DNA of 64,000 nucleotides from Myxococcota bacterium (GCA_039194325.1 JBCCWC010000001.1:207206-271205), one strand, 5' to 3'. Shown: positions 47,837-58,666, counted from the first letter of the stretch. A program made the numbers and translations. The notes: generated by a model not told the origin, from the letters alone.

Positions 47837-49015
47837 CTACTTCGCGGCCGGAGCCGCCGCCGGAGCGGCATCCTTGGCCTCACCGCCAGCTTCGGTCTTG
47901 GCTTCTGCCTTGGCCTCGGCCTTGCCCGCGCCGTCCTCGGCCCCGGGCTTCTTGGGCAGGGCGATCTCGGCCCAGACCACCAGGTGATCGCTGACGTCGC
48001 GGTGCGGCTCCTTGTCCACGGCGACCGAGGGCCATGGGGTGTCGGCGGGATCTTCTTGCTCGCGCACGATGATGTCGCGCCCGGAGGTCTCGGCCCCCCG
48101 CATCACCAAGCCGCACGAGAAGATCCGGTCGAGCGCCTCGCCACCCCCGATCGTGGTGGACTGCGCGAGGGTCTCGGCGGCCGAGTCTTCGCAGTTGTCG
48201 TTGCTCTGCTTGGTCGCCTCACCCGAGAGCATGCCCGAGGCGCTCTGCTTGTAGTCGTTGTCGTAGGGGAGGGTCTTGTCGCCCAGGGTTCCCAGCAAGA
48301 TCACGGGCCGCTTCTTGGCGGCCTTGGTCACGCGGCGCTTGAGCGACTTGGCCATCTCGTTGCGCTGCTTGACCGCCCCCTTGTTGCTCCCCTCTTTGAG
48401 GTGCATCGCGATCACGGTGATCTCGTCGCCGGTGGGCAGCTCGACCTCGGCGGCCACATGGATCGGCGCGTAGGCGTCGGTACGCCGCTCGTCCTTGATG
48501 GGGAAACGCGAGAGGATCGCGACGTGTCGGCCGGTGCGCTTGTCCTCGCCGGGGACCCAGGCGTACTGGTAGTCGGGCCCCTCCTTGGTGGTGACGCTGC
48601 TGGTGATGTCGGTGAGCTCTCGCTCGCCGCCCAGCTCGACCAGCACCACGATGTCGAGCTTCTCGGCCACGAGCACGTCGACGATCCGATCCCGCTTCCA
48701 CTCCCAGGTATCGTCATCGGGCGCGACGTGGGGCTTGGCCGTGGTGGGTCGCTTGTCCCCCAGCGGATCGAAGGCCCAGTCCACATTGAACGTACCGATC
48801 GAGAACGCGTCCTCGGGAACCTTGGGGGGCGGGGGCGGAGGTGCCTCGGGTTCGGGCTCAGGCTCGGGCTCGACCGCGGCGACCGGCTCGGGCGGTTGGG
48901 GCGGAGGCTTGTTGGAGTCGCAGCTGGCCGCCAATAGCGGCACGGTCGCGCCAAGCAAGAGCGCAATCGAAGGAAGAGGAAGGAGGGAGGAACGAAAGCG
49001 ACAGGAGATCGACAT
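47837..49015 (-). CDS. Endonuclease/exonuclease/phosphatase-fold lipoprotein
   Basis: GTFNV, DIVVLVE, AILSRFP, HLK, LDRIF, SDH; the GDFN position reads GTLG. Confidence 0.8.
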   Translation of the reverse strand: MSISCRFRSSLLPLPSIALLLGATVPLLAASCDSNKPPPQPPEPVAAVEPEPEPEPEAPPPPPPKVPEDAFSIGTFNVDWAFDPLGDKRPTTAKPHVAPDDDTWEWKRDRIVDVLVAEKLDIVVLVELGGERELTDITSSVTTKEGPDYQYAWVPGEDKRTGRHVAILSRFPIKDERRTDAYAPIHVAAEVELPTGDEITVIAMHLKEGSNKGAVKQRNEMAKSLKRRVTKAAKKRPVILLGTLGDKTLPYDNDYKQSASGMLSGEATKQSNDNCEDSAAETLAQSTTIGGGEALDRIFSCGLVMRGAETSGRDIIVREQEDPADTPWPSVAVDKEPHRDVSDHLVVWAEIALPKKPGAEDGAGKAEAKAEAKTEAGGEAKDAAPAAAPAAK

Positions 49016-49313
49016 GGAGGGCGCTGGCGATCCTAGCGACCAGAGCTGGTAGGACACTACGCGCGAAGTCCCGTCAGGGACGGTACGGCAGAGATCGACC
49101 GGCTCGATACCGCGCCAGTCCCGCAAAGGGCCGGATCCATCGAGCCGGATCCATTGAGCCGGACCCATCGAGCCGATTGGTTCACAGGTGAGCGCCAGAA
49201 CTACACAAACGGGCGATCAACAACGGGTAAAAGGTTGGGACGAGTTCCTCACGAAGCAGGCCACTGCACAAAAGTGCCACTCGTCGATGGACGCGGATCG
49301 ATCGTGATTGTGC

Positions 49314-50114
49314 TCATTGCTTGGTGGGCTCGTAGTCGGGCAGATGTGCCCGGCCATCAGGCCCCGGAATCCAGCGTAGACGCGCTCGATCGAGCCACGC
49401 GATCGCCCGACGCACGGCGACGTCGACGGGCTCGCCTTGGGCCAGATGCACGGCAACGGCCGTGGCCAGAGCACAGCCGGTACCGCGCGGGTCGGGCCCT
49501 TGGCGGCGCGGGCGAGTCAGCGCGAGGACTCGGCTGCCCTGGATCAGACGATCGTGGACGCGGGTGAGGTCACTGCCGTGGCCATCCTTGAGCAGCACGG
49601 CAGCATGGCCGAACCGACGACCCAGGGCATGCACCACGGGCTCATCGGTCGGATGAGTCGGATGGGTCGAACCGAGCGCCGGCTCCCACTCGACCCCCCC
49701 AAGCAGCGCGTGGGCCTCGGAACGGTTGGGGGTGATCACGGTCGCCACCGTCAGCAGCGGGGCAAGCCCCTCCGCAGTTGCCCCCAAGCTGCCCCCGTCA
49801 CTGGCCCGCAGCACCGGATCGACGACCACCGGAGCGGCCATCCCGCGCACCAGCGTGGCGACATCCGCTGCCAAGGCATCCGGGACCAGGCCGATCTTGA
49901 TCGCGGTCGGTCGCGGCCACCGGGATACACGCGCCCGCAAGCGATCGGCGGGCACCGACCAAGCCCGGGCCGGGCGCCCTCGCCCTTGCTCGGTCATCGC
50001 GGTCACGGCGAACCATCGCGGCAACGCGGGGGCCAGCGATCGAGCGGTGATCAGATCGCGGTAGAGCCCGGCCCCGTGCGTGGGGTCGTGCCCTCCCAGT
50101 AGCCACAGACTCAT
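49314..50114 (-). CDS. thiD: Hydroxymethylpyrimidine/phosphomethylpyrimidine kinase-like protein
   Basis: GGHDPTHGAG, AIKIG, VVDPVL, ITPNRSEA, RGTGCALA. Confidence 0.75.
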   Translation of the reverse strand: MSLWLLGGHDPTHGAGLYRDLITARSLAPALPRWFAVTAMTEQGRGRPARAWSVPADRLRARVSRWPRPTAIKIGLVPDALAADVATLVRGMAAPVVVDPVLRASDGGSLGATAEGLAPLLTVATVITPNRSEAHALLGGVEWEPALGSTHPTHPTDEPVVHALGRRFGHAAVLLKDGHGSDLTRVHDRLIQGSRVLALTRPRRQGPDPRGTGCALATAVAVHLAQGEPVDVAVRRAIAWLDRARLRWIPGPDGRAHLPDYEPTKQ

Positions 50115-52501
50115 GGCGTGGACCGCTCGTCCGACCCGGGTGGCAGGTCAGGTAATTGGTCGAGCCGGTCGACTCGCAGGATCCGATCGTAGGGCCAGAT
50201 CTTATCCACCACGTCCATGCCGTCGACCACTCGCCCGATCACCGTATAGCGAGCGTCCAGATGTCGCGGCTGGTCGTGGGCGATGAACAGCTGCGATCCC
50301 CCGGTGTCCTTGCCCGCCAGGGCGATCCCCACCGTACCTCGCGCATAGCGAAGGTTGGACCACTCACAGGGCATCACGTGTCCCGGACCTCCGTAGCCGT
50401 CGCCCCGGGGGTCACCACCCTGGATCACAAAGCCAGGAACCACCCGGTGGAAGACCACGCCGTCGAAGAAGCCCTGCTCGGCCAGCGCGAGCAGGTTGGC
50501 CTGGGCGATCGGAGCCGGAGCACCGGAGAAGTCGATGGTGATGACCCCGGCGTCGGTCTCCAGGCGAAGGCCGACCCCGGGAGCCCCGGGCAAGTCCACC
50601 GCTTGGTGGACGGACGCCGCGAATTCTCCTCTTGGGCCAGACGACAGGCCCGCCTCGAAAGCCTCGAGCGCCTGGGGGTGGTCACGTAGCGCCCGGCGGG
50701 CGGCCGCCCGAACGGCGAACGCGGGATCACGGGACAATGCGACCAACCGATCGATCCAGTTAGACATCTGGCCAGGCACTTGGCCAGACCTCTCGTTTTG
50801 GGCCCCCCCTGGCCCGTCGGGTGCTCGCATGCTCCGGGCCAGTCGCCCCAGGGCATCGATGGCGGCGATCCGGGCCTCGACGGCGTGATCGTTGTCGAAG
50901 CGATCGATCACGGAAAGCAGCACGCTGACCGCCTCGGGATCGCGACGCTCTTGGTCCGCGGCACGAGCGGCCACGGCTCCGGCGGCGGCGGCCACCACTC
51001 CCATGTCGGCTCGGGCCAGACCTTCGCGCAGCGCGGGGCCTACGGCGGGATCATCCACCCCCGCCAAGGCACCCAGCGCCGGTGCAGCCACCCGCGGCCG
51101 GGGATCCTTGGCGCGCTCCACAAGCGCGGCGAGCCGCTGCTCGCGGGGCACCACGGGACCCATGTGCACCAGCGCTTCGATGGCGAGCGTCTGGGCATGC
51201 TCGGTGGGGATCGTGGGCTCTTGCTTCGCACAGTCGACGAGCGGCTCGAGTTGGCCGCTTCGGGTCGCCAGCAAGACCTCGAGCTCGCAGCCGATCAGGG
51301 TCAGCGCCTTGGCTCGCCTCGCGTCGCTGGTCGTCGCCGCGGCCTTCACGGCGGCCCGAAGCGAGCTCCGCAGCATCTCGAGGGGTCGCTCGAGGGCAGC
51401 CTCGTGGGCCGCGAAGGGTCGTAGCTGCACCAGCAGCTCACGCAGCACGTGAAGTCGCGCCCCGGTGAAGCTCGTGAGCTCTATGGCGGGCAGCCGTCGG
51501 GCGAGCACCTTGCGGCCGTCGGCATGGGCGGCCAGGGCTCGGACGGCGGCCACCTCGGCCATCCAGTCACCAGGCCAGTCGCCAGCCTTGGCCCCCAGCA
51601 CCCATCCGGGCACCACCCGCGGAAGCTCTCCTAGCCCTTCGAGCGCACGCCAGGCCCGTCGTGCGCCTTGGGCATCGTCTCCGGCGAGCATGGGCACGAG
51701 CAGCTCGACCAACTCGCCACGCTCGGCCCCGGCGAGCCGTTCGGCGGAGACGGCCGCACAACGAGCCAACGTATACGCCGCCGCGCGCCGCGGCGACAGA
51801 TCCGGACTTCCGAGTCCCCGAGCGACCGCCTGTAGCCCGTCGACCGGCAGCGCATGGCCCCGCGTACAGAGGATCGCCAGCGCCTCCATCGCGTGCACGT
51901 AGCGTCCCTGGTCGCCTGCTCCCGGCACTACGGCCAGATCGGCCGCCAACCACCCTGGCGAACGAGCGCTCCCCACCCGTGCGATCGCCAGCAACAACGC
52001 GTCGGCTTGGTCGGGCTCCTCGGTGACCGCGTAGCGCGTCCAAAGCCGCTCCTCGAGCGAGTCCCAGCTCGGCTCACGTACCTCGTCGGCTCCAGGCGCC
52101 GACAGCAGGCTCACCGCCGCCATCGTGGGTGCACTCAGCTCGGTGCGCCCATCGTCGAACAAGGCGCTAAACCTCTCACGAGCCGTCGCTCCGCCGATCC
52201 GGGCGAGGGACCATGCACCTGCTGCCTGCCAGGTAGGCTCCGCGTGTTGCCATGCTCGCTCGATGGCGGGGGCCTCGGCGTCGCGGTCGAGCTCGGCTCG
52301 GCGTAGCTTGCTCTGGAGACCTTCTTCGCCGGTGGGCCACGGCACCCCACCCCACGATGCCCACTGGGGTCGGAGCTGCTCCGGGTCGACCGTCGTAGCG
52401 ACCGTCGCAGCGGGCGTCGGCAGCTCGCCCCCGCCCTCCGCCGGGGACCCACAGCCCGCTCCCAGCGCGGCCACCAACCCACTCGTGACCAGTCCCCGCA
52501 T
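50111..52501 (-). CDS. HEAT-repeat + cyclophilin-type peptidylprolyl isomerase lipoprotein
   Basis: GAGC lipobox; HEAT-like helices; FHRVVPGFVIQGGDP, DTGGSQLFI. Confidence 0.88.
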   Translation of the reverse strand: MRGLVTSGLVAALGAGCGSPAEGGGELPTPAATVATTVDPEQLRPQWASWGGVPWPTGEEGLQSKLRRAELDRDAEAPAIERAWQHAEPTWQAAGAWSLARIGGATARERFSALFDDGRTELSAPTMAAVSLLSAPGADEVREPSWDSLEERLWTRYAVTEEPDQADALLLAIARVGSARSPGWLAADLAVVPGAGDQGRYVHAMEALAILCTRGHALPVDGLQAVARGLGSPDLSPRRAAAYTLARCAAVSAERLAGAERGELVELLVPMLAGDDAQGARRAWRALEGLGELPRVVPGWVLGAKAGDWPGDWMAEVAAVRALAAHADGRKVLARRLPAIELTSFTGARLHVLRELLVQLRPFAAHEAALERPLEMLRSSLRAAVKAAATTSDARRAKALTLIGCELEVLLATRSGQLEPLVDCAKQEPTIPTEHAQTLAIEALVHMGPVVPREQRLAALVERAKDPRPRVAAPALGALAGVDDPAVGPALREGLARADMGVVAAAAGAVAARAADQERRDPEAVSVLLSVIDRFDNDHAVEARIAAIDALGRLARSMRAPDGPGGAQNERSGQVPGQMSNWIDRLVALSRDPAFAVRAAARRALRDHPQALEAFEAGLSSGPRGEFAASVHQAVDLPGAPGVGLRLETDAGVITIDFSGAPAPIAQANLLALAEQGFFDGVVFHRVVPGFVIQGGDPRGDGYGGPGHVMPCEWSNLRYARGTVGIALAGKDTGGSQLFIAHDQPRHLDARYTVIGRVVDGMDVVDKIWPYDRILRVDRLDQLPDLPPGSDERSTP

Positions 52502-52578
52502 CCTACTTCGAGGGTATCAGCCCTCCGATCTCGGCCCGATGGTCAGCCGATCCCCAGGCCTGCGCTATGCTTCGCGCC

Positions 52579-52791
52579 ATGGCCAAGTTCACCGGCACCA
52601 TCCGCCACAACGACCTCGAGGGCGGCTTCTACGAGCTCCACACCGATGACGGCGACGTCTACCGTCTGCAGGGATCCACCAAGGTCAACGCTGGCGATCG
52701 CGTCACGGTGCACGGAACGATCGAGGACGGCGGCTTCGGGATCCACATGACCGGGCCGTCTCTGACGGTGTCCCGCATCGAGTCGGCCTGA
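52579..52791 (+). CDS. Small OB-fold-like hypothetical protein
   Basis: 70 aa; DLEGGFYEL...GDRVTVHG; strong host codon bias. Confidence 0.75.
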   Translation: MAKFTGTIRHNDLEGGFYELHTDDGDVYRLQGSTKVNAGDRVTVHGTIEDGGFGIHMTGPSLTVSRIESA

Positions 52792-52805
52792 AGCCGCCAC
52801 CCACC

Positions 52806-52830
52806 AAAAAACCCCTCACGAGGAGGGGTC
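52806..52830 (-). terminator. Intrinsic terminator after tRNA-Leu(CAG)
   Basis: ACCCCTC/GAGGGGT stem followed by a T-run on the minus strand. Confidence 0.8.
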
Positions 52831-52835
52831 TTCAG

Positions 52836-52917
52836 TGCGAGAGGAGGGAATCGAACCCCCATGTCCGAAGACACACGGACCTGAACCGTGCGCGTCTACC
52901 AATTTCGCCACTCTCGC
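52836..52917 (-). tRNA. tRNA-Leu(CAG)
   Basis: GCGAGAG/CTCTCGC acceptor stem, anticodon arm CACGG-TTCAGGT-CCGTG, long variable arm, GGTTCGATTCC. CCA not encoded. Confidence 0.97.
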
Positions 52918-53005
52918 GTGAAACTGGCCCCGCCTTTCCGGGGAGCGGGACCCTAGGCCGAACCCCCCGAGCCGTCAACCCCCGTTTCGTTCGATCGCAC
53001 GAACC

Positions 53006-56000
53006 TCAGCTCTTCCCGGGTCCACCCTCAGGATCAGCGTCATTCGCGCTATCGCGGACCAGCGCGACCCTGGGCTTGGGCACGGTGGGCGGCGCCGGAA
53101 TCGAAGACGACAGCGAGATCGACCGAGATTCCTTTCGCTTCTTCCGGCCCCGTTCCGCCGGCGTCTCGGGCCACTCCTCATCATCGTCGATCGCCTCGAC
53201 CACCACCCGCGATCCACCCCGCGACTCGGCGCCCGGATTGCTCCCCGTCCGATCTCGGATCGCCCGCTGTGGGGCTCCTCGCTCCGACTCTGACCGTGTC
53301 GAGCCGAGATCGACCATGGGAAGCTTGCCGCTCCCCACCATCTCCATCTCGGCAAACATCTGGTCGACGTCCTGCCCGCCATCCCCTCGCCCCGCCGGCA
53401 GCCCATCGGGCCCGATCCCGGCCCGCGCCAGCTTTGCGCGCTCGCTCGCCAGCAGCCGCTCTTGCTCCAGAGCCCGGGCTTGAGCGGCCGCCAGCAGGTT
53501 CCGGCTGACCTCCAGCTCGTCGTGCAGCTCGTCGATCTGCTCCTTGTGCTTCTCGAGCTGCGCCAACCCGGCCGCCAGCCGAGCCGCGTTGCGGTCGGTG
53601 GCATCGGTCATCTCCCAGATCTTTTGTTCGGCGCTCTCGAGCAGCCCCAGGAGGTGTTCTTGCTCCTCGGAGCGTACGCTGACCTCCAGCTCCAGCCGCC
53701 GTAGCCGCTGTTGCTCCGCCCCTCCGGCCAGCCCGCCCAGCGCTTCGACCCGAACCAGCTGCTCGGCGTGCTGCCGGTCTCGCTCCGCCAGCAACCTCTT
53801 GAGGCGCCGGATCTCGGCGATCGCATCCTCGGGCCACTGCTGTTCTTGCAGCAGGGTGGGCCCCTCTTCGATCTCTGCCTCGAGCTGCCGCGGATCGCTG
53901 ATCTCTTCGTTGGCCTGCGCCGCCGACTCGAGCTCGCGCCGCATCTTGTAGAGCTCGGCCCCGCTGGTCTCCTTGGTGGAGACGATCTCCTCGAGCTCCT
54001 GCTCCCGCGCTTGCAGCTTCCGGCGCAGGGATTCCTGCTCGGAGGTCTCTTGCTCGATCCGCCGCTGCAATTGCTCGGCCGTGGCCTCCGCCTGGCGCCG
54101 CTCGGCCCGCATCTCTTCGACTTGGCGCTGTAGCTCGGCCACCGAGGCGGCGAGCTGCTCGGCTTCGACCGACTTGACGTCGAGCTCGCTGCGAAGGCGA
54201 CCCGAGAGTCCGCGGGCATGGTCGGCGCTGCGCCGCACTCGATCGAGCTCGACCCGGGCTTCGGAGAGCTGGACCTCGTGGCGCTTGGCGACCGCCAGCG
54301 CGTCTTGCTCGCGCGTCCGGGCTTGCTCGAGCTGCTCGCTTTGCTCGGCCAGCTCGCGGCTGCGGGCCTGCAGCTCGGCGCGCAGCTGGGCCAGATCGGC
54401 CGACTCGCCCGAGATCACCCCCATGTCCTGCCGCAGCCGCTCGATCTCCTCGTCGCGACTGCGCAGCAAGCTCTCGCGGTCGGCCTGCTCCACCTCGAGC
54501 TTGCGCAGCTCCTTGCTGAGCTGCTCGACCTCGCGGCTGCGGGCCTGCTCGGCCTCGCGGGCCCGCTCGGCCTGCTCGCGCAGGCGCTCCACCTCCGCGC
54601 TCAGGCGCACCACGTCGAGGCGCTCCTTTTGCACCTCTTCGCGAGCCTCCCAAAGGCGCTCCTCGAGCCGGTCGATCTCGCCCGCCCGCCGGGTCAGCTC
54701 CTCGCGCAGGTGATCGCGATCCCGCGCCACCTCGGTGAGCATCCGCCCCTGCTCGTGCCCCTTGGCCGCGGTCGCCGAGAGCTCTTCGGCCCGAGTCCGG
54801 CTCTGGTCGAGCATCGCCTCTTGGTGCTGCACCCGCTCGCGCAGCGCCTGCAGCTCGCCGTCGAGCCGCGACGCCTCCTGGGCCTTGGCCGCGAGCGCTT
54901 CTTGCTGCTCCGTATGCCGCCGTCGCAGCTGCTCGTACTCGGCCTCCACGCGCGCGGCCAGCTGCCGGGCGCCTTCGCGCTCGGCCAGGCCCACCTCGAC
55001 CTGGTGGGTCAGCTCGTCTCGCTCGTCGGCCAGCGCATCCAGGCGCTGCTGTAGATCGACACGAGCGGTCGCTTGCGTCTCGAGCTCGCGCGCCCGAGAC
55101 TCCACCCGCTCGCTCATGCGGGCCAGCGACTGCTCGAGATCCTTGACCGTCCGGGTGAGTACGGTCAGATCGGTGGTCTTGGTGCGCAGCTGGGACTCCA
55201 GCTCCACCCGCTCCCCCTCGGCGGCCTCGTAGGCCGCCTCGCTCTTGTCGAGCTGATCTCGCAGCACGGCCAGCTGCGCCGAGGAGTCGTCGTGGCGGGC
55301 CTGCTCCAGCGCCTGCTCCAGCGCCTCCGCCCGCAGCTGGGCCTGCTGAGTCTGCTCGCGCAACGTCGCGACCCGCTCCTCCAGGCCGTCTTCGAGGACC
55401 TTCGCCCGCACCCGAGCGTCGTGCACCTCCGATTGCAGCGACTTGACACGGCGGTCGAGATCTTGCTCCAGCTCCTGCACCCGCGATTGCTGCCGCCGCG
55501 TCTCTTCGCGAGCCCGCCGCAGCTGGCGGTTCATGGTCTGCTCGAGCTCCTGTGCCCGCTCGTCGGCCTGAGCCGCCTCTACCCGCAGCGATCCCACCTC
55601 CAGCTCGAGCTCGGCCGCCCGCGCCGCTTCTTGGCGCAGATGAGTGATCTGCTCCAGGTCGACCGCGGCCGGCTTGCGCTCTTGCTCTTGCTCGGGTACG
55701 GGCACGAGCAGGCACTCGGCGGTCAGGCGCTCGACCAGCTTGGCCGAGGGCCGCTGTCGAAAGGCCACCGCGAGGTAGTGCGTGGCTTCGGGTGGCTCCT
55801 CGAGCAGCCCTTCGTCCAGGGTGAGCGACGGAGCCACCTCGTCGGGCTCCGCGTCGAGCACGGGGGCCAAGCTGAACCCCCGCCATGGCATCTGCGCCAC
55901 CATGTACGTGCGCTCGTACACGGTCGACAGCTCCTCTTCGAGGGTCCAGAAGTCGACCACGTCGTCGGGCTCGGGTGGGTGGCGGATCCACGCCGCGAAC

Positions 56001-56308
56001 AACCCTCCAGGGCGGAGCACGCGGTAGGCCTCGTGCAAGAGCGCGCGACGATCTTCGCTGATCAGCTTGGAGTACGACTCGAGGCACACGACCATGTCGA
56101 TGGTCGAGTCACCCACCGGCAACGTGGGCACGCCGGCATAGCGCTCGGTCCCCGCGATCGGCGGCAGATCCCCGCCTACCACGATCACCCCGCGGGCCCC
56201 GGCCTCCAGCAAGCGCCGGACTCCCTCGGGATCGGACGGCGCTGCGACCACCACACGGCGCGTAGCCGCCCAGCGCTCCAGCGCCACGTATGCAGGCAAA
56301 TGGTGCAC
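53006..56308 (-). CDS. Methyltransferase-like N-terminal domain + very long coiled coil
   Basis: LPVGDSTIDMVV...EAYRVLRPGG (class I SAM-MTase-like), then about 750 aa of Glu/Arg/Leu/Gln heptads. Confidence 0.85.
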   Translation of the reverse strand: MHHLPAYVALERWAATRRVVVAAPSDPEGVRRLLEAGARGVIVVGGDLPPIAGTERYAGVPTLPVGDSTIDMVVCLESYSKLISEDRRALLHEAYRVLRPGGLFAAWIRHPPEPDDVVDFWTLEEELSTVYERTYMVAQMPWRGFSLAPVLDAEPDEVAPSLTLDEGLLEEPPEATHYLAVAFRQRPSAKLVERLTAECLLVPVPEQEQERKPAAVDLEQITHLRQEAARAAELELEVGSLRVEAAQADERAQELEQTMNRQLRRAREETRRQQSRVQELEQDLDRRVKSLQSEVHDARVRAKVLEDGLEERVATLREQTQQAQLRAEALEQALEQARHDDSSAQLAVLRDQLDKSEAAYEAAEGERVELESQLRTKTTDLTVLTRTVKDLEQSLARMSERVESRARELETQATARVDLQQRLDALADERDELTHQVEVGLAEREGARQLAARVEAEYEQLRRRHTEQQEALAAKAQEASRLDGELQALRERVQHQEAMLDQSRTRAEELSATAAKGHEQGRMLTEVARDRDHLREELTRRAGEIDRLEERLWEAREEVQKERLDVVRLSAEVERLREQAERAREAEQARSREVEQLSKELRKLEVEQADRESLLRSRDEEIERLRQDMGVISGESADLAQLRAELQARSRELAEQSEQLEQARTREQDALAVAKRHEVQLSEARVELDRVRRSADHARGLSGRLRSELDVKSVEAEQLAASVAELQRQVEEMRAERRQAEATAEQLQRRIEQETSEQESLRRKLQAREQELEEIVSTKETSGAELYKMRRELESAAQANEEISDPRQLEAEIEEGPTLLQEQQWPEDAIAEIRRLKRLLAERDRQHAEQLVRVEALGGLAGGAEQQRLRRLELEVSVRSEEQEHLLGLLESAEQKIWEMTDATDRNAARLAAGLAQLEKHKEQIDELHDELEVSRNLLAAAQARALEQERLLASERAKLARAGIGPDGLPAGRGDGGQDVDQMFAEMEMVGSGKLPMVDLGSTRSESERGAPQRAIRDRTGSNPGAESRGGSRVVVEAIDDDEEWPETPAERGRKKRKESRSISLSSSIPAPPTVPKPRVALVRDSANDADPEGGPGKS

Positions 56309-56454
56309 GTACGGTCCGGCCGGCGGCGATCATAGGCCACCGACGCTCGGGCCGCGACCGGGCTGCTATGCTGATCCCCCGCTCTGCGAGGATCATCGAC
56401 CCGCCCGCAGCGCACCGCCGGCACGTGCCCGCGCGCTCGGTCCCCCTATCGACA

Positions 56455-56859
56455 ATGGCGACCCCTGTTCAGTACAAGAAACCTCGGCGCATCAACATCG
56501 TCAGCGTCACGCTCGTACTCCTGCTCGTGGTGGGTGGCTATGCGGCCTATCAGTACCTGCCGCTCTACTTCATGAGACACGAGGCCCACCGCGTCCTCGA
56601 GGAGACCGGCTCGAACCTGGCTGGGCGCGCGGGTATGTACACGCAAGACGACGCTGCGGTCGAGGATCTTCGCCTGACCATGGAGCGCAACCTCATGAGG
56701 ATCGGCATCACCGACCCCGAGTTGGAGACGTGGATCGAGATCGAGGGCAAAGAGGTTCGGCTGGGCGTCGTCTACTACGCCTGGGTCGACTGGCCCTTCG
56801 GTATCATCCCCCGTCAGAAGCACGAATACGAGGTGGAGCACGAGCTCGTGCTCCACTGA
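56455..56859 (+). CDS. Small single-TM hypothetical protein
   Basis: Basic N-terminus, one TM helix, small periplasmic domain. Confidence 0.75.
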   Translation: MATPVQYKKPRRINIVSVTLVLLLVVGGYAAYQYLPLYFMRHEAHRVLEETGSNLAGRAGMYTQDDAAVEDLRLTMERNLMRIGITDPELETWIEIEGKEVRLGVVYYAWVDWPFGIIPRQKHEYEVEHELVLH

Positions 56860-57016
56860 GTCCACACCGACAAACGCGCAGCCGGCCGCGGCGCCCTAGG
56901 ATCCATGCCTCTGGATCGGTGCCCCGTGACCGATCCGTGACGGTACACACGATTGCGACGCTCCTTGTTGATCCGACCCGTCGGGTGACCTAGGATGCGT
57001 TTTCGACGATTCGGCG

Positions 57017-58666
57017 ATGAATGCCCGGCTGATCCTGGTCAGCGGAGAGGGACCTCCGGAGTACCCCCTCGCCGCCTTCAACACGATTGGCCGTCATCCC
57101 GACAACACGGTGCAGGTCCTCGATCGCATCGTCTCCAAGGAGCACTGCCGGATCACCCGAGCGCCGACCGGCGGCTACGTGCTTCGCGACGTGGGCAGCC
57201 TCAACGGCAGCTACGTCAACGGCGAGCGGGTCAGCGAGAAGAGCCTCACCACTGGTGATCAGATCACGCTGGGCAACACCATCCTTCGCTTCGAAGACGA
57301 GGAAGAAGGTCAGCAGGCCGAGCGCAATGCTCGGCTACGCAATGTGACCATGGCCGGCGGCGGCCTGGTGCAGAGCCAGGTGCGCAGCCGGGTCGACGCC
57401 AGCGCTCACTTCCTGCCCGCGGCCGAGATCGACGACGTCGAGGCGCTCAAGAACGACTACGAGAAGCTCCGGATCGCCCACGAGCTCTCGCAGAAGCTCT
57501 CCATCGAGTCCGACCTCGACCAGCTGCTCCAGCAGATCGTCGACGAGACCTTCGCGATCATCCGCGCCGACCGAGCGGTGATCCTCCTGCTCGATCCCGA
57601 CACCGAGCAGCTCGAGCCCCGCTACCTCCGCACCAAGCGGGAGGACGAGTCGATCAAGCTCTCGAGCAGCATCCTCGAGGAGGTCAAGAACAACAAGCGG
57701 GCGGTGCTCAGCTCCGACGCGATGCTCGACGAGCGCTTCAAGGCCGCCAAGAGCATCATCATGCAGGGGATCCGCTCCACCATGTGCGTGCCGTTGCTCT
57801 ACGGCGACCGGATCGTGGGCGCGATGCACATGGACTCCATGCTCACCACCGGGGCGTTCACCGAGAAGGATCTCCAGCTATTCCAGGGCATCGCCACCCA
57901 GGCGGCCATCGCCATCGAGAACCACCGCCTGGCCCGCAAGATCGAGCGTGAGGCGGCCACCCGGGCCGAGTTCCAGCGGCTATTGTCCCCCAACCTCGTC
58001 GAGCAGATCGTCAACGGCAAGCTCCAGCTCGACCAGGGCGGGACCAAGCGCCCGGTCACCATGCTCTTCGCCGACATCCGTGGGTTCACCTCGATGAGCG
58101 AGCGAACCCCGCCCGAGGAGATGGTCAAGACCCTCAACGAGTACTTCGAGATGATGGTCGACGTGCTCTTCAACCACGGCGGCACGCTCGACAAGTACGT
58201 GGGCGACGAGGTCATCGGCCTGTTCGGCGCCCCGGTCACGCTCCCCGACGCGCCGCTGCGGGCCGTCCGCTGCGGGCTGGAGATGCAGCGCGCCCTCGAG
58301 GAGTTCAACCGGATCCGCGAGACCAACGGCCAGGAGGCGGTCCACATCGGGATCGGGATCAACACCGGTGAGGTGATCGCGGGCGCGATCGGCTCCTCGC
58401 AGACCCTCCAGTACACGGTGATCGGAGACCCGGTGAACATCGCCTCGCGCCTGTGCAGCGTGGCCAAGGCCGGCGAGGTGATCATCAGCCAGTACACCAT
58501 GCGGGCGGTACAAAACGACGTACTGCTCGAGCCGCGCGAGGCGGTGAAGGTCAAGGGCAAGTCACAGGCGCTGTCGATCTACTGCGCCACCGGGCTGCCC
58601 GAAGAGCCGACCAACACCCGGTCGACCCAGGCGGTCACGACCGGGTCTGGCACCGTGATCCCGTAG
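57017..58666 (+). CDS. FHA-GAF class III adenylate cyclase
   Basis: FHA IGR..VSKEH..SLNG; GAF MCVPL; cyclase LFADIRGFT, DKYVGD, YTVIGDPVNIASRL. Confidence 0.93.
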   Translation: MNARLILVSGEGPPEYPLAAFNTIGRHPDNTVQVLDRIVSKEHCRITRAPTGGYVLRDVGSLNGSYVNGERVSEKSLTTGDQITLGNTILRFEDEEEGQQAERNARLRNVTMAGGGLVQSQVRSRVDASAHFLPAAEIDDVEALKNDYEKLRIAHELSQKLSIESDLDQLLQQIVDETFAIIRADRAVILLLDPDTEQLEPRYLRTKREDESIKLSSSILEEVKNNKRAVLSSDAMLDERFKAAKSIIMQGIRSTMCVPLLYGDRIVGAMHMDSMLTTGAFTEKDLQLFQGIATQAAIAIENHRLARKIEREAATRAEFQRLLSPNLVEQIVNGKLQLDQGGTKRPVTMLFADIRGFTSMSERTPPEEMVKTLNEYFEMMVDVLFNHGGTLDKYVGDEVIGLFGAPVTLPDAPLRAVRCGLEMQRALEEFNRIRETNGQEAVHIGIGINTGEVIAGAIGSSQTLQYTVIGDPVNIASRLCSVAKAGEVIISQYTMRAVQNDVLLEPREAVKVKGKSQALSIYCATGLPEEPTNTRSTQAVTTGSGTVIP

